Shown: piece after piece, positions 54,318-64,000 of the stretch
Layout of the letters: every line of letters starts with the position of its first letter
Position numbering within the stretch: the first letter of the stretch is position 1
Origin: an uncultured Chloroflexia bacterium
GTDB lineage: Bacteria > Chloroflexota > Limnocylindria > QHBO01
Length of the DNA: 64,000 nucleotides
Direction: 5' to 3'
Assembly: GCA_963716585.1 (NCBI GenBank)
Contig: CAVQTN010000002.1
Span: 783,906-847,905, forward strand
The notes under the pieces: model-generated
The model's input: only the letters and a program-made list of their open reading frames with translations
Databases searched by the model: none
What the model was told of the DNA's origin: nothing
Translations under genes and position numbers: made by a program

Positions 54318-55036
54318 CGGCCCCATGACAGGCGCTCGATGAGGCGCTGCGGCAGGTCGACCTGGCGCATCAGACGCTGCGTCTCCTCGACGTCGTAGGC
54401 GACGCGTCGGAAGAGCGCGACGTTCGTATCGGTATCGAGCACGAGGTACGAGCTGGCCGGGTTGCCGTCGCGTGGTTGTCCAACGCTGCCGGGGTTGAGC
54501 AGCGCCCGCCCGGTGTGCAGCGGCATCGGCTCGTCGGGCATGGCGGCCAGCGCCGTGCCGCGCTCGCCATCCGACGCGAAGACAATGGGCAGGTGGGTGT
54601 GCCCGAACAGGCACAGCCGGCTGTCGAAGGCCTCGAGGTTGGCCATCGCGATCGAGGTGCTGGTGATGTACTCCCACACCGGGTTGCGCGGCGAGCCGTG
54701 GACGGCCGTGATGTCGGCCTCGCGACGCACCTCGGGAAGGCTCGCCAGGTAGGCGCGCGCGTTGTCGTCGAGGACGGTCGCCGTCCACCTGATGGCCTCG
54801 GCCGCGTCCGGGTTGAAGTCGCGCGGATCGACCGTGCCGATGGCCGCGCCATCGTGATTGCCGAGCACGCTGCGCGCCCCCATCTCCTGCAGCGCGCCGA
54901 TCACCTCGTTCGGCTGCGGACCGTAGCCGACGATGTCGCCCAGCACCCAGATCTCGTCGTGGGCGGGCAGGTCGGCGCGCACTGCGTCGAGCGCGGTGAG
55001 GTTGGAATGGATATCCGACAGGACGGCGATGCGCAT
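54314..55036 (-). CDS. Calcineurin-like metallophosphoesterase
   Basis: SDIHSN, GDIVGYG, GNHD, GHTH and NPGSVGQPRD motifs. Confidence 0.93.
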   Translation of the reverse strand: MRIAVLSDIHSNLTALDAVRADLPAHDEIWVLGDIVGYGPQPNEVIGALQEMGARSVLGNHDGAAIGTVDPRDFNPDAAEAIRWTATVLDDNARAYLASLPEVRREADITAVHGSPRNPVWEYITSTSIAMANLEAFDSRLCLFGHTHLPIVFASDGERGTALAAMPDEPMPLHTGRALLNPGSVGQPRDGNPASSYLVLDTDTNVALFRRVAYDVEETQRLMRQVDLPQRLIERLSWGR

Positions 55037-55069
55037 GGGCGGGCCGAGTATACCGATGGCGCCCGTCCT

Positions 55070-55824
55070 TCAGCCCAGCGGCTGTCTGCGCGGCATTCCG
55101 GGGCGGCGGGGATAACGGTCAGGCGTGGCCGCGAGCTTCGAAAGCACCACGAAGCGATGCCCGCCGAGCGCAGCGATCCCGGGGCTCACGATGCGCAGCT
55201 CACCGCCGCCGAGCTGCGCGGCCGCGGAGCGGCCGTCCCGGACCTCGTCGTGGCCGTCGACCAGCGGCCCCTTCCAGGCGATCAGCTCCCCGCCGCGGCG
55301 CAGCAGCGGCAGTCCCAGCTCGGCGAGAACGGGCAACGCGGCACACGCCCGCGCCGTCACCATGTCGTGGCATTCGCGCAACGCCGGATCGCGGCCGACC
55401 TCCTCCGCTCGCCTGGCCACGACCTCGACGTTGGCGAGCTGCAGGGCCTCGCAGAACGAGCGCAGGGCGGCGGCCTTCTTGGCAACCGACTCGACGAGCG
55501 CCCAGCGGATACCGGGCCGGGCGATGGCCAGCGGAATGGCCGGTACGCCGCCCCCCGAGCCGAGGTCGACCGCGGTGCGCGGCCCCAGCGCGTCGAGCAG
55601 CGGCAGCGCTGCCAGCGCGTCGAGCAGGTGCAGCCGCGCGACCTCATGAGGCTCGACCACCCGGGTCAGGTTGAGTGACGGTTCGCCCCCAGCAGCAGCG
55701 CGACGTAGTGCTGCAGCGCGTCGAGCGCACCCGCCGGCAGCTCGTACTGCGGGGCGGATTCCAGCAGGAGGGCAAGCGACCGGCGCGCCGAGGCGGCGGC
55801 GCCATCGGTCAGGGACAAGAACAT
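55070..55824 (-). CDS. rsmG: 16S rRNA m7G527 methyltransferase (frameshift near 55680)
   Basis: NLTRV, HLLD, DLGSGGGVP, ESVAKK, RAEE, TARA and YPRRPG motifs; N-terminus in the 55666..55854 frame. Confidence 0.9.
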
Positions 55825-55979
55825 GCTCCCGCGGCAGCCTTTCGGTTTTCCCAATGAGCGCCGACGGTTTGGAGAGCCGGCTTTCGCATCGGCCCCGTCG
55901 ACACCCGGTTACCGTACTCGGCGGCCGGTGGAAGCAGGACTGCCAGGCTAGCAGCCGGCGGCGCAGGGTGGCAAGCCGG

Positions 55980-56020
55980 TTATCCACGAACCTGCACGCG
56001 TTTCGCAAGATTGTGGATAA
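55980..56020. promoter_or_regulatory. Pair of oppositely oriented DnaA boxes (TTATCCACG and TGTGGATAA) next to a TATACT -10
   Basis: 55980-55988 (8/9 match) and 56012-56020 (perfect). Confidence 0.6.
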
Positions 56021-56085
56021 GTCGTCCGCCTATACTCGCATTCGATGGCGACCAACCCGAGCGCGACGGCTAGGATCGAGGTCGA

Positions 56086-56469
56086 GTGGCGGCGAGTCTG
56101 AGCACCGGCACGCAGCCGCGCTTCGCTCACGAGAGCGAAGCGGAGCTCGCGAGAATCCTCGACTACTACGGTGTCACGTGGCGATACGAACCGGTCACCT
56201 TCCCCATCTCCTGGAACGCCGCCGGCGCGGTCGTCGAGTCGTTCGCGCCCGATTTCTACCTGCCGGAGGTCGACCTCTACGTGGAGCTGACGACCCTCAA
56301 GCAGTCGCTGGTCCGCAAGAAGAATCGCAAGCTGCGCCACCTGCGCCAGCTGTATCCCGAGGTTCGCGTGAAGCTCTTCTACGCCCGTGACTTCAAGGCC
56401 CTGATGCTCAAGTACGGCCGGCTCTCGTTCCTGACCGATGTCGCCGCCGCCAACGGGGCCCGCTCATGA
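56086..56469 (+). CDS. Small PD-(D/E)xK nuclease-fold-like protein
   Basis: SE..A..LD, W.YEP..F, PDFYLPEVDLYVELTT and KNRKLR motifs; coupled to hpt. Confidence 0.7.
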   Translation: MAASLSTGTQPRFAHESEAELARILDYYGVTWRYEPVTFPISWNAAGAVVESFAPDFYLPEVDLYVELTTLKQSLVRKKNRKLRHLRQLYPEVRVKLFYARDFKALMLKYGRLSFLTDVAAANGARS

Positions 56470-57044
56470 ATCCCGCCCCCACGCGCACCATCCACGACGA
56501 CGTCGAGGAGATCCTCCTCTCGGCCGATGAGCTGCAGGCGCGCGTCGCCGAGCTCGGCCGCCAGCTGAGCCGGGATTACGCCGGGCGCGACCCGGTGCTG
56601 GTCAGCGTGCTGAAGGGATCGATCGTCTTCCTGGCCGACCTGATGCGCGGCATGGACATTCCGCTGTCGCTCGACCTCATGGAGGTCTCCAGCTACGGGG
56701 CCGGCACCGAGACGAGCGGCCAGGTGCGGATCCTGAAGGATCTGTCACGCCCGATCGAGGGGCGCGAGGTGGTGGTCGTCGAGGACATCATCGACACCGG
56801 CCTGACGCTGAACTACCTTCTGCGCTACCTCGCCGAGCGCAACCCGGCCTCGCTGCGGGTGTGCTGCCTGCTTGACAAGCCGGCGCGTCGCCTGGCCGAG
56901 ATCGAGATCGACTATCGCGGCTTCAGCATCGCCGACCGCTTCGTCGTCGGCTACGGCCTCGACTACGACGAGCGCTACCGCAACCTCCCGTACGTCGGCG
57001 TGCTCCGACCATCCGTCTACTCGGCCGCTCCGCCAGAGGGCTAG
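56466..57044 (+). CDS. hpt: Hypoxanthine phosphoribosyltransferase
   Basis: VLKGS, SSYG, VVEDIIDTGLTL and FVVGYGLDY..YRNLP motifs. Confidence 0.97.
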   Translation: MNPAPTRTIHDDVEEILLSADELQARVAELGRQLSRDYAGRDPVLVSVLKGSIVFLADLMRGMDIPLSLDLMEVSSYGAGTETSGQVRILKDLSRPIEGREVVVVEDIIDTGLTLNYLLRYLAERNPASLRVCCLLDKPARRLAEIEIDYRGFSIADRFVVGYGLDYDERYRNLPYVGVLRPSVYSAAPPEG

Positions 57045-57047
57045 CCG

Positions 57048-57476
57048 ATGGGCGACCGATCCGGCGGCCGCTTCCGCTTCCTCGTCCTGCTCGGCAGCCT
57101 GCTGATGATCGTCGCCGGCTTCCTGCCGTGGTGGCACGCCGGCGGCGAGTCGGTGAGCGGCGTCGCCGTGCCGGCGTCCACCGGGATCGGGCTGGAAGGC
57201 CCCGGCCTGCTCATCTACGCCGCGGCACTGACCTCGCTCGTCCTGCTCGACATCGGCTACATGCGCGGTCGCTGGGGCTTCATCCTCGACGCCCCGATCA
57301 TCTACCTGCTGCTGGGGCTACTGGCCGGCGCGGCATTGGCGTACCGCTTCTACGAGCTCTGGTCGGTGGGCTACCTGCCGCTGCCGCAGCGCTCACCGGG
57401 CCTGGCCGTCGCGGCCGTCGGCATCGCCCTGGTGCTGTACGGCGCAGGGAGCGGCTTCGGCACGCGCCGCAGCTGA
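57048..57476 (+). CDS. Hypothetical membrane protein
   Basis: Four TM segments, FLPWW motif, GC-rich third positions. Confidence 0.75.
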   Translation: MGDRSGGRFRFLVLLGSLLMIVAGFLPWWHAGGESVSGVAVPASTGIGLEGPGLLIYAAALTSLVLLDIGYMRGRWGFILDAPIIYLLLGLLAGAALAYRFYELWSVGYLPLPQRSPGLAVAAVGIALVLYGAGSGFGTRRS

Positions 57477-57477
57477 C

Positions 57478-58647
57478 CTAGCCGGCTCGCGCCAGCGCGT
57501 GGTGCCAGGCGGTGGCCGCGTGGGTGTCCGGCCAGCCGGTGCTGCCCACCGCCACGATCACCCTGCGCCCCAGCGCGACACCGTTCATGCCGCCACCGGA
57601 GAATCCGGACTCTGCCGTCGCTCGTGTCCAGGCCAGGCCATCGGTGGAGGTCCACACCACGGCGCTGCCGTTCGACGCGCTCGAGTTCCAGCCGACTGCC
57701 ACGAGGCTGTCGTCCGTTGCCAGCACATCGCTCATCTCGGCATGGGGGGCGTAGGTGCTGCTGCTGGCGAACGATGCCGCGTCGGGGGCACGAGTCCAGG
57801 CCAGCCCGTCGGTCGAGGTCCACGCCGCTGCCCGGTCGCCGGAGGCGATGCGCCCGACCGCCGCGAGCCCACCGGCGGTGGCAGTGACCGAGAGCATGGC
57901 GCCGTCCTCGAGGCTGGGCTGCGCTGGTGCCCGCGTCCACTGCAGCCCGTCGCGCGAGACCCACGCGGCCGCGCGGCCCGCGCTCGTGTCGCCGGTGGTG
58001 CCGACCGCCACCAGCCCCGTGCGTGCCTGCGCCACGGCGCCGACGCGGCCGTCCGCGAGCGGCGGTCCGTCGCTGATCGGCTGCCAGCGTGCTCCGTCGC
58101 TCGATCGCCACAGGGCGGCGTCGGCCGCCCCGAACTCCGGCCCGCGATAGCCGGCCGCCAGGAAGCCATCGGCGGTGGCGGTCACCGTGGTCATGGCTCC
58201 CTCCATCGCCGGAATGGCCGCCGCCTGCCAGCGACCGGGGATCGTGGACACCCAGGCGGCAGGCCCCTTCGGGCCGCGCCCGACGACCACGATGGTCGAC
58301 CCCCTGGTCGCCACGCCGGTCAGCTTCTTTCCGGCCGGGTCGGGGAAACCATCCTGGATGCTCCACGATTGCCCGTCGGCCGAGGACCAGACCACGGCCG
58401 TGTCGGGCGTCCGCGAGCCGATCGCCACAAAGCCGTCGCGGGTCGCCGCCACGTCACGCATCACGGTGATGACGCTCGGGTGGCACGGCGCGCAGTACGC
58501 GGTGCTCGACGACGGCTGCGCGGTGACCGCCTGCGGCTGCTGGATCGTGCCGCGCGGCCAGGCGCCCACCGGGGACGGCGTCGGTGCGCCACCACAGGCG
58601 GTCAGGAGAAGCGCCGCGACCACGAGCAACGTCAGGGCCGGTTTCAC
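57478..58647 (-). CDS. Lipoprotein with Asp-box (W.S.DG..W) beta-propeller repeats and a CxxCH motif
   Basis: Lipobox LLTAC; five WxSxDGxxW repeats; CAPCH near the N-terminus. Confidence 0.75.
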   Translation of the reverse strand: MKPALTLLVVAALLLTACGGAPTPSPVGAWPRGTIQQPQAVTAQPSSSTAYCAPCHPSVITVMRDVAATRDGFVAIGSRTPDTAVVWSSADGQSWSIQDGFPDPAGKKLTGVATRGSTIVVVGRGPKGPAAWVSTIPGRWQAAAIPAMEGAMTTVTATADGFLAAGYRGPEFGAADAALWRSSDGARWQPISDGPPLADGRVGAVAQARTGLVAVGTTGDTSAGRAAAWVSRDGLQWTRAPAQPSLEDGAMLSVTATAGGLAAVGRIASGDRAAAWTSTDGLAWTRAPDAASFASSSTYAPHAEMSDVLATDDSLVAVGWNSSASNGSAVVWTSTDGLAWTRATAESGFSGGGMNGVALGRRVIVAVGSTGWPDTHAATAWHHALARAG

Positions 58648-58672
58648 GACGAAAACGGTACCGCGACCGCCG

Positions 58673-58819
58673 TCAGCGCGCGGGGGGCAGGATCAGCGGG
58701 CTGATGAACAGCCAGGCGAGCACCACCACGACGAGGAGCACGAGCAAGAGCAGCATGGGGCGGAGGTCGGGGCGGTAGTCGCGTGGCGGACGGCGAGGTG
58801 CCGGGGGGTCCGCGGACAT
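58673..58819 (-). CDS. Small single-TM protein (48 aa)
   Basis: Manual translation MSADPPAPRRPPRDYRPDLRPMLLLLVLLVVVVLAWLFISPLILPPAR; 15 nt downstream of the livF stop. Confidence 0.6.
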   Translation of the reverse strand: MSADPPAPRRPPRDYRPDLRPMLLLLVLLVVVVLAWLFISPLILPPAR

Positions 58820-58834
58820 CGGTCTGGCCCGGAC

Positions 58835-59652
<818 letters not shown>

Positions 59653-59656
<4 letters not shown>

Positions 59657-60690
59657 TCGGGCGCACCCAGGTACGCTTCGATGACCTTCGGGTTGCGACG
59701 AACCTCCTCGGGCGTGCCCTCGGCGATCTGCTCGCCGTGGTCGAGCACCGTGATGCGGTCGCTGATGCCCATGACCACGTGCATGTCGTGCTCGATCAGC
59801 AGGATCGCCACGCCGAGATCGCGCCGCAGCCGACCGATGAGCGCCGTCATCTCGGCCGTCTCATTCGGGTTCATGCCGGCGGTCGGCTCGTCGAGCAGCA
59901 GCAGCTTGGGGTCGTTGGCCAGTGCGCGTGCCAGCTCCAGCCGGCGCTGGTCGCCGTACGGCAGGTTGCGGGCGAGCTCGTCCGCCCGACCGGCAAGCCC
60001 GACCTTGGCCATCAGCTCGCGCCCGCGCACACGCGATTCCTCTTCCTCGGCGGCCTGGCGGCGAGACGCGAGCAGCGCATCCACCGGGGTCGACGTCAGC
60101 TTGAGATGCATCCCGACCTGCACGTTCTCGAGCGCCGTCATGTTCTGGAACAGGCGGATGTTCTGGAACGTGCGGCCGATCCCCGCGCGCACCATGTGGT
60201 GCGTCTGCGCGCTCTTGAAGATGCCGAGGCGCGCCAGCGCGACGCGGTACCGGGGGGGCCGGATGATGGCCACCAGCAGCGAGATGATCAGGACGCCGAT
60301 GGCCAGCAGGATGGCGGTCTCGAACACCACCGGGTTGCCGCTGACGAGGTTCAGTAGCCAGCCGACGAGCAGGATGACGACCGAGGGCGCAACCCAGACG
60401 ATTGGCTCCGCCCACGCACGCTGCGGCGGGCCGATCAGCGGCAGGCCGTCGATCGAGATGGTCCCGCGGGTCGGCTCGAAGATGCCGGCCACGATGTTGA
60501 AGAAGGTCGTCTTGCCGGCACCGTTCGGCCCGATCAGGCTGACGATGCCACCGGCCGGGATGCGCAGCTGGACGTTGCGCAGTGCGGCGAGGCCGCCGAA
60601 CTGCATGCCGACGCCCTGGGCATCAAGCACGGGCCGCGTGTCGGACTGCTCCCCGGCGGCCGCGGCCTGGATGACGGCCTCGGCGGTCAC
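59653..60690 (-). CDS. livG: Branched-chain amino acid-type ABC transporter ATPase with an inserted TM hairpin
   Basis: FGGL, GPNGAGKTT, RTFQNIRLF, LPYG.QRRLE, LDEPTAGMN and IEHDM motifs; ~70-aa hydrophobic insert. Confidence 0.9.
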
Positions 60691-61865
60691 GCCAGGCCCC
60701 CGCTGGACTCGTCGGCGGGCGAAACGGCCAGCTCGCCGCCTACCTCCGCGGTGTGCAGCTCGCGCCGCCGCCGCTTGCTCGGGAACAGGCCCTCCGGCCG
60801 CAGCAGCATCATGAGCACCAGTGCCAGGCCGTAGAGCAGGAACTGGTAGTGGACGAAGTCGATGTCGCTGATGACCGGCACCTGGATGATGTCGAAGAAC
60901 TGGTTGAGGCCTTTCAGCAGCACGTTCTGGATCATGAACAGCACGAACGCGCCGGCGGCCACGCCCCAGATGTTGCCCATGCCGCCGAGCACCACCATGG
61001 CCAGCACCGTGAACGACACGGCGAACACGAACTGGTCCGGCCCGGCGAAGGTCAGCTTGGAGGCCGAGAAGACGCCCGCCAGCCCCGCGGTCGAGGCACC
61101 AAGCGAGAAGGCGAGCAGCTTGGTGGTCACCGTGTTGATCCCATTGCTGGCCGCGGCCAGCTCGTCCTCGCGGATCGCCATCCAGGATCGACCCAGCCGC
61201 GAGTCCTGCAGCCGGTAGATGAGGATCATGGCGAAGGCCACGATGAACAGCATGACGATGTAGAAGGGCAGGATATCGATCGTCGAGAACCGGTAGCCGA
61301 AGAGCTCCGGCGGGTAGATGCTGCTGATGCCGTTCGTGCCGCGCGTGTAGGTGTCCGAGTTCTTGAAGACGATGGGCACGATTTCGCCGAATCCCAGCGT
61401 CACGATCGCCAGGTAGTCGCCGCGCAGGCGCAGGGTCGGTGCGCCGAGCAGCACGCCGAAGATCATGGCCACCAGCGCCCCGATGATCAGCATCGGCCAG
61501 AACGGGATGTGGATGCCGGAGAACGGCGACGCGCCGAACGCGTACGAATACGAGCCGATGGCGAAGAACGCCGCGTATCCGAGGTCGAGCAGCCCGGACA
61601 GGCCGACCACGATGTTCAGCCCCAGGGCGAGCAGGATGTAGACGCCCGCCAGCGTGAAGTTGTTCATCCAGGCGCTGGATGCCTGGAAGGTGCTGAAGGG
61701 CGGCACCAGCACGATGAGCGGCAGCGCGATGCCCGCCACCGTGATGCCCAGCAGCACCGACAGCGAGCGATGGCGGCCGAGGAAGCCCAGGACGGGCGCC
61801 AGCCGCCCGCGGAGCTGATCGATGAAGCTCGACCCGCGCTGCTCGGTCCCGTCCTCGATGCTCAT
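60687..61865 (-). CDS. livM: Branched-chain amino acid ABC permease
   Basis: GLNIVVG..GLLDLGY, LRLRGDYLAIVTLGFGE, AIREDE and RPEGL motifs. Confidence 0.95.
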   Translation of the reverse strand: MSIEDGTEQRGSSFIDQLRGRLAPVLGFLGRHRSLSVLLGITVAGIALPLIVLVPPFSTFQASSAWMNNFTLAGVYILLALGLNIVVGLSGLLDLGYAAFFAIGSYSYAFGASPFSGIHIPFWPMLIIGALVAMIFGVLLGAPTLRLRGDYLAIVTLGFGEIVPIVFKNSDTYTRGTNGISSIYPPELFGYRFSTIDILPFYIVMLFIVAFAMILIYRLQDSRLGRSWMAIREDELAAASNGINTVTTKLLAFSLGASTAGLAGVFSASKLTFAGPDQFVFAVSFTVLAMVVLGGMGNIWGVAAGAFVLFMIQNVLLKGLNQFFDIIQVPVISDIDFVHYQFLLYGLALVLMMLLRPEGLFPSKRRRRELHTAEVGGELAVSPADESSGGLA

Positions 61866-62788
61866 GCGCGTTCAGCGCTCGGTTGACCGAGGAGCCCCGA
61901 CGGGCGAAACACGAGCACCAGGATGAGCACCGCGAAGACGATCGCCTCCGACCAGCGGAAGAGGTTGAACTGGCCGGAGAAGACCTCCACGAAGCCGATG
62001 AAGAAGCCGCCCAGCGCGGCACCGGTCGTATTGCCAATGCCGCCCAGCACGGCCGCGGTGAAGGCCTTGAGGCCGGCGCTGAAGCCGATGGTAAAGCCGA
62101 TCTGACCGAAATGCAGGCCGTAGACCACCCCACCCGCACCGGCCAGCGCCGAGCCGATGAAGAAGGTGACCGCGATGGTGCGGTTGATGTTGACGCCCAT
62201 CAGCTGCGCGGCCTCGCGGTCCTGCGCCGTGGAGCGCATGGCGCGGCCGAGCCGCGTGCGGCCGACGAAGGCCTGGAGGGCGAAGATGAGTGCGAGGGTC
62301 AGGAGGAAGATGAAAATGCTGAGCAGCGAGATCGAGGCCCCGAACAGCTCGAAGCGGGCGTCGTTGCCGAAGATCTGCGGCGTGCGCTTCGGCGAGGAGC
62401 CGAACGTCACCTGGATGATGTTCTGCAGGATGAACGAGACGCCGATGGCGGTCAGCAGCGGTGCGAGGCGCGGCGCATTGCGCAGCGGGCGGTACGCGAA
62501 GCGCTCGATGATCACGCCGACGATGCCCATCAGCAGCATCACGACGGCGAAGATCAGGACCAGCACGCCGGCCAGCAGGAGCGGATTATCGATAGGTCCG
62601 TGCATGGCCAGCGGCACGGTGAGCAGCCACATGGCGGTGAATGCGCCGACCATGAACACGTCGCCGTGGGCGAAGTTGATGAGCTCGATGATGCCGTACA
62701 CCATCGTGTAGCCCAGCGCGATCAGCGCGTAGATCGAGCCGAGCGTCAGCGCGTTGAAGAACTGCTGGGTGAAGACTGACAGGTCCAC
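61862..62788 (-). CDS. livH: Branched-chain amino acid ABC permease
   Basis: GSIYALIALGYTMVYG..INFAHG and GLKAFTAAVLGGIG motifs. Confidence 0.95.
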   Translation of the reverse strand: MDLSVFTQQFFNALTLGSIYALIALGYTMVYGIIELINFAHGDVFMVGAFTAMWLLTVPLAMHGPIDNPLLLAGVLVLIFAVVMLLMGIVGVIIERFAYRPLRNAPRLAPLLTAIGVSFILQNIIQVTFGSSPKRTPQIFGNDARFELFGASISLLSIFIFLLTLALIFALQAFVGRTRLGRAMRSTAQDREAAQLMGVNINRTIAVTFFIGSALAGAGGVVYGLHFGQIGFTIGFSAGLKAFTAAVLGGIGNTTGAALGGFFIGFVEVFSGQFNLFRWSEAIVFAVLILVLVFRPSGLLGQPSAERA

Positions 62789-62822
62789 CAGGCGTGAGCT
62801 CCATGACGCGACGAATGGAGAA

Positions 62823-62848
62823 GGGGCCGGAACTTGCGTTCCGGCCCC
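62823..62848 (-). terminator. Stem-loop after the substrate-binding gene (terminator or mRNA stabiliser)
   Basis: ggggccggaac-ttgc-gttccggcccc, followed by tt on the minus strand. Confidence 0.6.
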
Positions 62849-62867
62849 CCGTCAAGGGCGGGCTGGA

Positions 62868-64000
62868 CTACTGCCCGGCGAAGTCCTTCTGCGAGTCGAA
62901 GACCCAGTCACCCTTCCCACTGTCGGCCGTGGTGTCGACCTTGTAGTAGGAGATGATCTTTTGGCTGGAGTCGCCGTTCTCGTCGAACGAGACCGAGCCG
63001 AGGACCGTGTCGAACTTGTTGTTCGTATCGGTGACGTAGGCGCGCACCTTGGAGCGCAGATCCTTCATGTCGGACGCGCCTGAGGCCGACGCCTCGAGCG
63101 CCTTGAGGATGATCTGCGTGCAGGCGTAGGCCGGGGCGCTGTAGGCACCCGGGTCCTTGCCGTACTCGTCGTTGTACTTCTTGGTGAAGTCACCCGCGTT
63201 CGGGATGTCGTGAATCGCGGCAACGCTGCCGAACGAGTTCGCGGCGTCCGCGGCCGCCAGGTTGACGAAGCTGCCCTCTGTGCTGCCGTTGCCGTCGACG
63301 ATGCCGTCACCGCCGATGAAGGGCAGGTCGCCCATGCCGACGTCGGCCATCTGGGTGCGCAGCTTGGCGCCACCGGTGGTCGTCACGCCGCCGTAGAAGA
63401 CGGCCTGCGGATTGGCGCCCTTGGCGGCTGTCAGGATGCTGGTGTAGTCAGCTGATCCGTCCGGGTTGGGAACGCCCTGCCGGCCGGTGACCGTGCCACC
63501 CAGCTCCTTGTAGCGGGCCTCGAACGTGTCGGCGATGCCCTTGCCGTACGTCTCGGTGTCATCGACGATGAAGACGGTCGTCTTCTGCAGCTTGGTGTAC
63601 AGGTAGTCGGAGAGCGACGGGCCCTGGAGGTCGTCGGTCGCGGCCACTCGCACGTAGCTGACCGGGTTATCACCGCGAAGCAGCTTGCCCTCGGCATCCT
63701 TCTTGGTCAGGGTCGGGTTCGTGTTCGCCGGGCTGCACTGCAGCAGGCCCGCCGGTGCGGTGATGGGGATCTCGGCTGCGCCGACGTTCGAGTTGAACGG
63801 GCCGACCATGCCGATCACAGTCTCGTCGCTGACCAGCTGCTGGACGTTCGTCGCGCCCTGGTCAGGGTTGTGCGTGCCGTTGACCGCGTCGTCCTTGATG
63901 CTGACCTTGATCTGGTAGCCGCCGACGCCGCCCTTCGCGTTCGCTTCCTTCACGGCCAGGTTGACGCCGTTCACGGTGGGTTCGCCGTTCGGCGCCTCAC
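62868..64000 (-). CDS. livK: Branched-chain amino acid ABC substrate-binding protein (5' end outside the window)
   Basis: LAVKEANAKGG, VGPFNS, SPANTNP, R..ATDDLQG and YGKG motifs. Confidence 0.9.
   Translation of the reverse strand, partial: EAPNGEPTVNGVNLAVKEANAKGGVGGYQIKVSIKDDAVNGTHNPDQGATNVQQLVSDETVIGMVGPFNSNVGAAEIPITAPAGLLQCSPANTNPTLTKKDAEGKLLRGDNPVSYVRVAATDDLQGPSLSDYLYTKLQKTTVFIVDDTETYGKGIADTFEARYKELGGTVTGRQGVPNPDGSADYTSILTAAKGANPQAVFYGGVTTTGGAKLRTQMADVGMGDLPFIGGDGIVDGNGSTEGSFVNLAAADAANSFGSVAAIHDIPNAGDFTKKYNDEYGKDPGAYSAPAYACTQIILKALEASASGASDMKDLRSKVRAYVTDTNNKFDTVLGSVSFDENGDSSQKIISYYKVDTTADSGKGDWVFDSQKDFAGQ

Noticed and set aside
55900-56085. oriC next to rsmG (gidB)
   Set aside because: Only two DnaA boxes, no AT-rich unwinding element, and no dnaA/dnaN/parAB nearby.

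Overview
High-GC bacterial chromosomal window. Gene content and style suggest Chloroflexota, possibly Limnocylindria (inference). 1-12.3 kb: polysaccharide/glycan locus (phosphoglycosyl transferase, DegT aminotransferase, AsnB-type amidotransferase, GT4s, Wzx flippase, acyltransferases), partly broken by frameshifts. 12.3-24.4 kb: co-oriented array of eight GT87/DUF2029-like GT-C glycosyltransferases plus one larger GT-C, interleaved with a membrane-fused spermidine-synthase-fold enzyme and a split HTTM(gamma-carboxylase-like)-DCC module. 24.4-30.5 kb: GT4, YggT, pcm, YtxH, an HTH-nuclease-like gene flanked by structured ~140-bp direct repeats, and an NtrC-type regulator. 30.6-38.4 kb holds the best candidate for an undescribed system: MalT/SARP-like regulator -> unannotated 32-aa peptide MRTFRIRLSALLATLGALVTLALAGGASFKGW (preceded by a 9-aa mini-ORF also ending in KGW) -> membrane HD-GYP c-di-GMP phosphodiesterase -> DUF5317-like/MFS fusion. 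It resembles an agr-like peptide signalling cassette wired to c-di-GMP, with an apparently swapped low-GC segment. 38.4-64 kb is mostly housekeeping: folK, glpX, purH, hspR-lon-dnaJ-clpB, usp-trkA-trkA, rsmG, hpt, and a liv-type ABC transporter whose LivG carries an inserted transmembrane hairpin. No rRNA, tRNA, CRISPR array or transposase was recognised. Family assignments come from motif recognition by eye, not from database searches.
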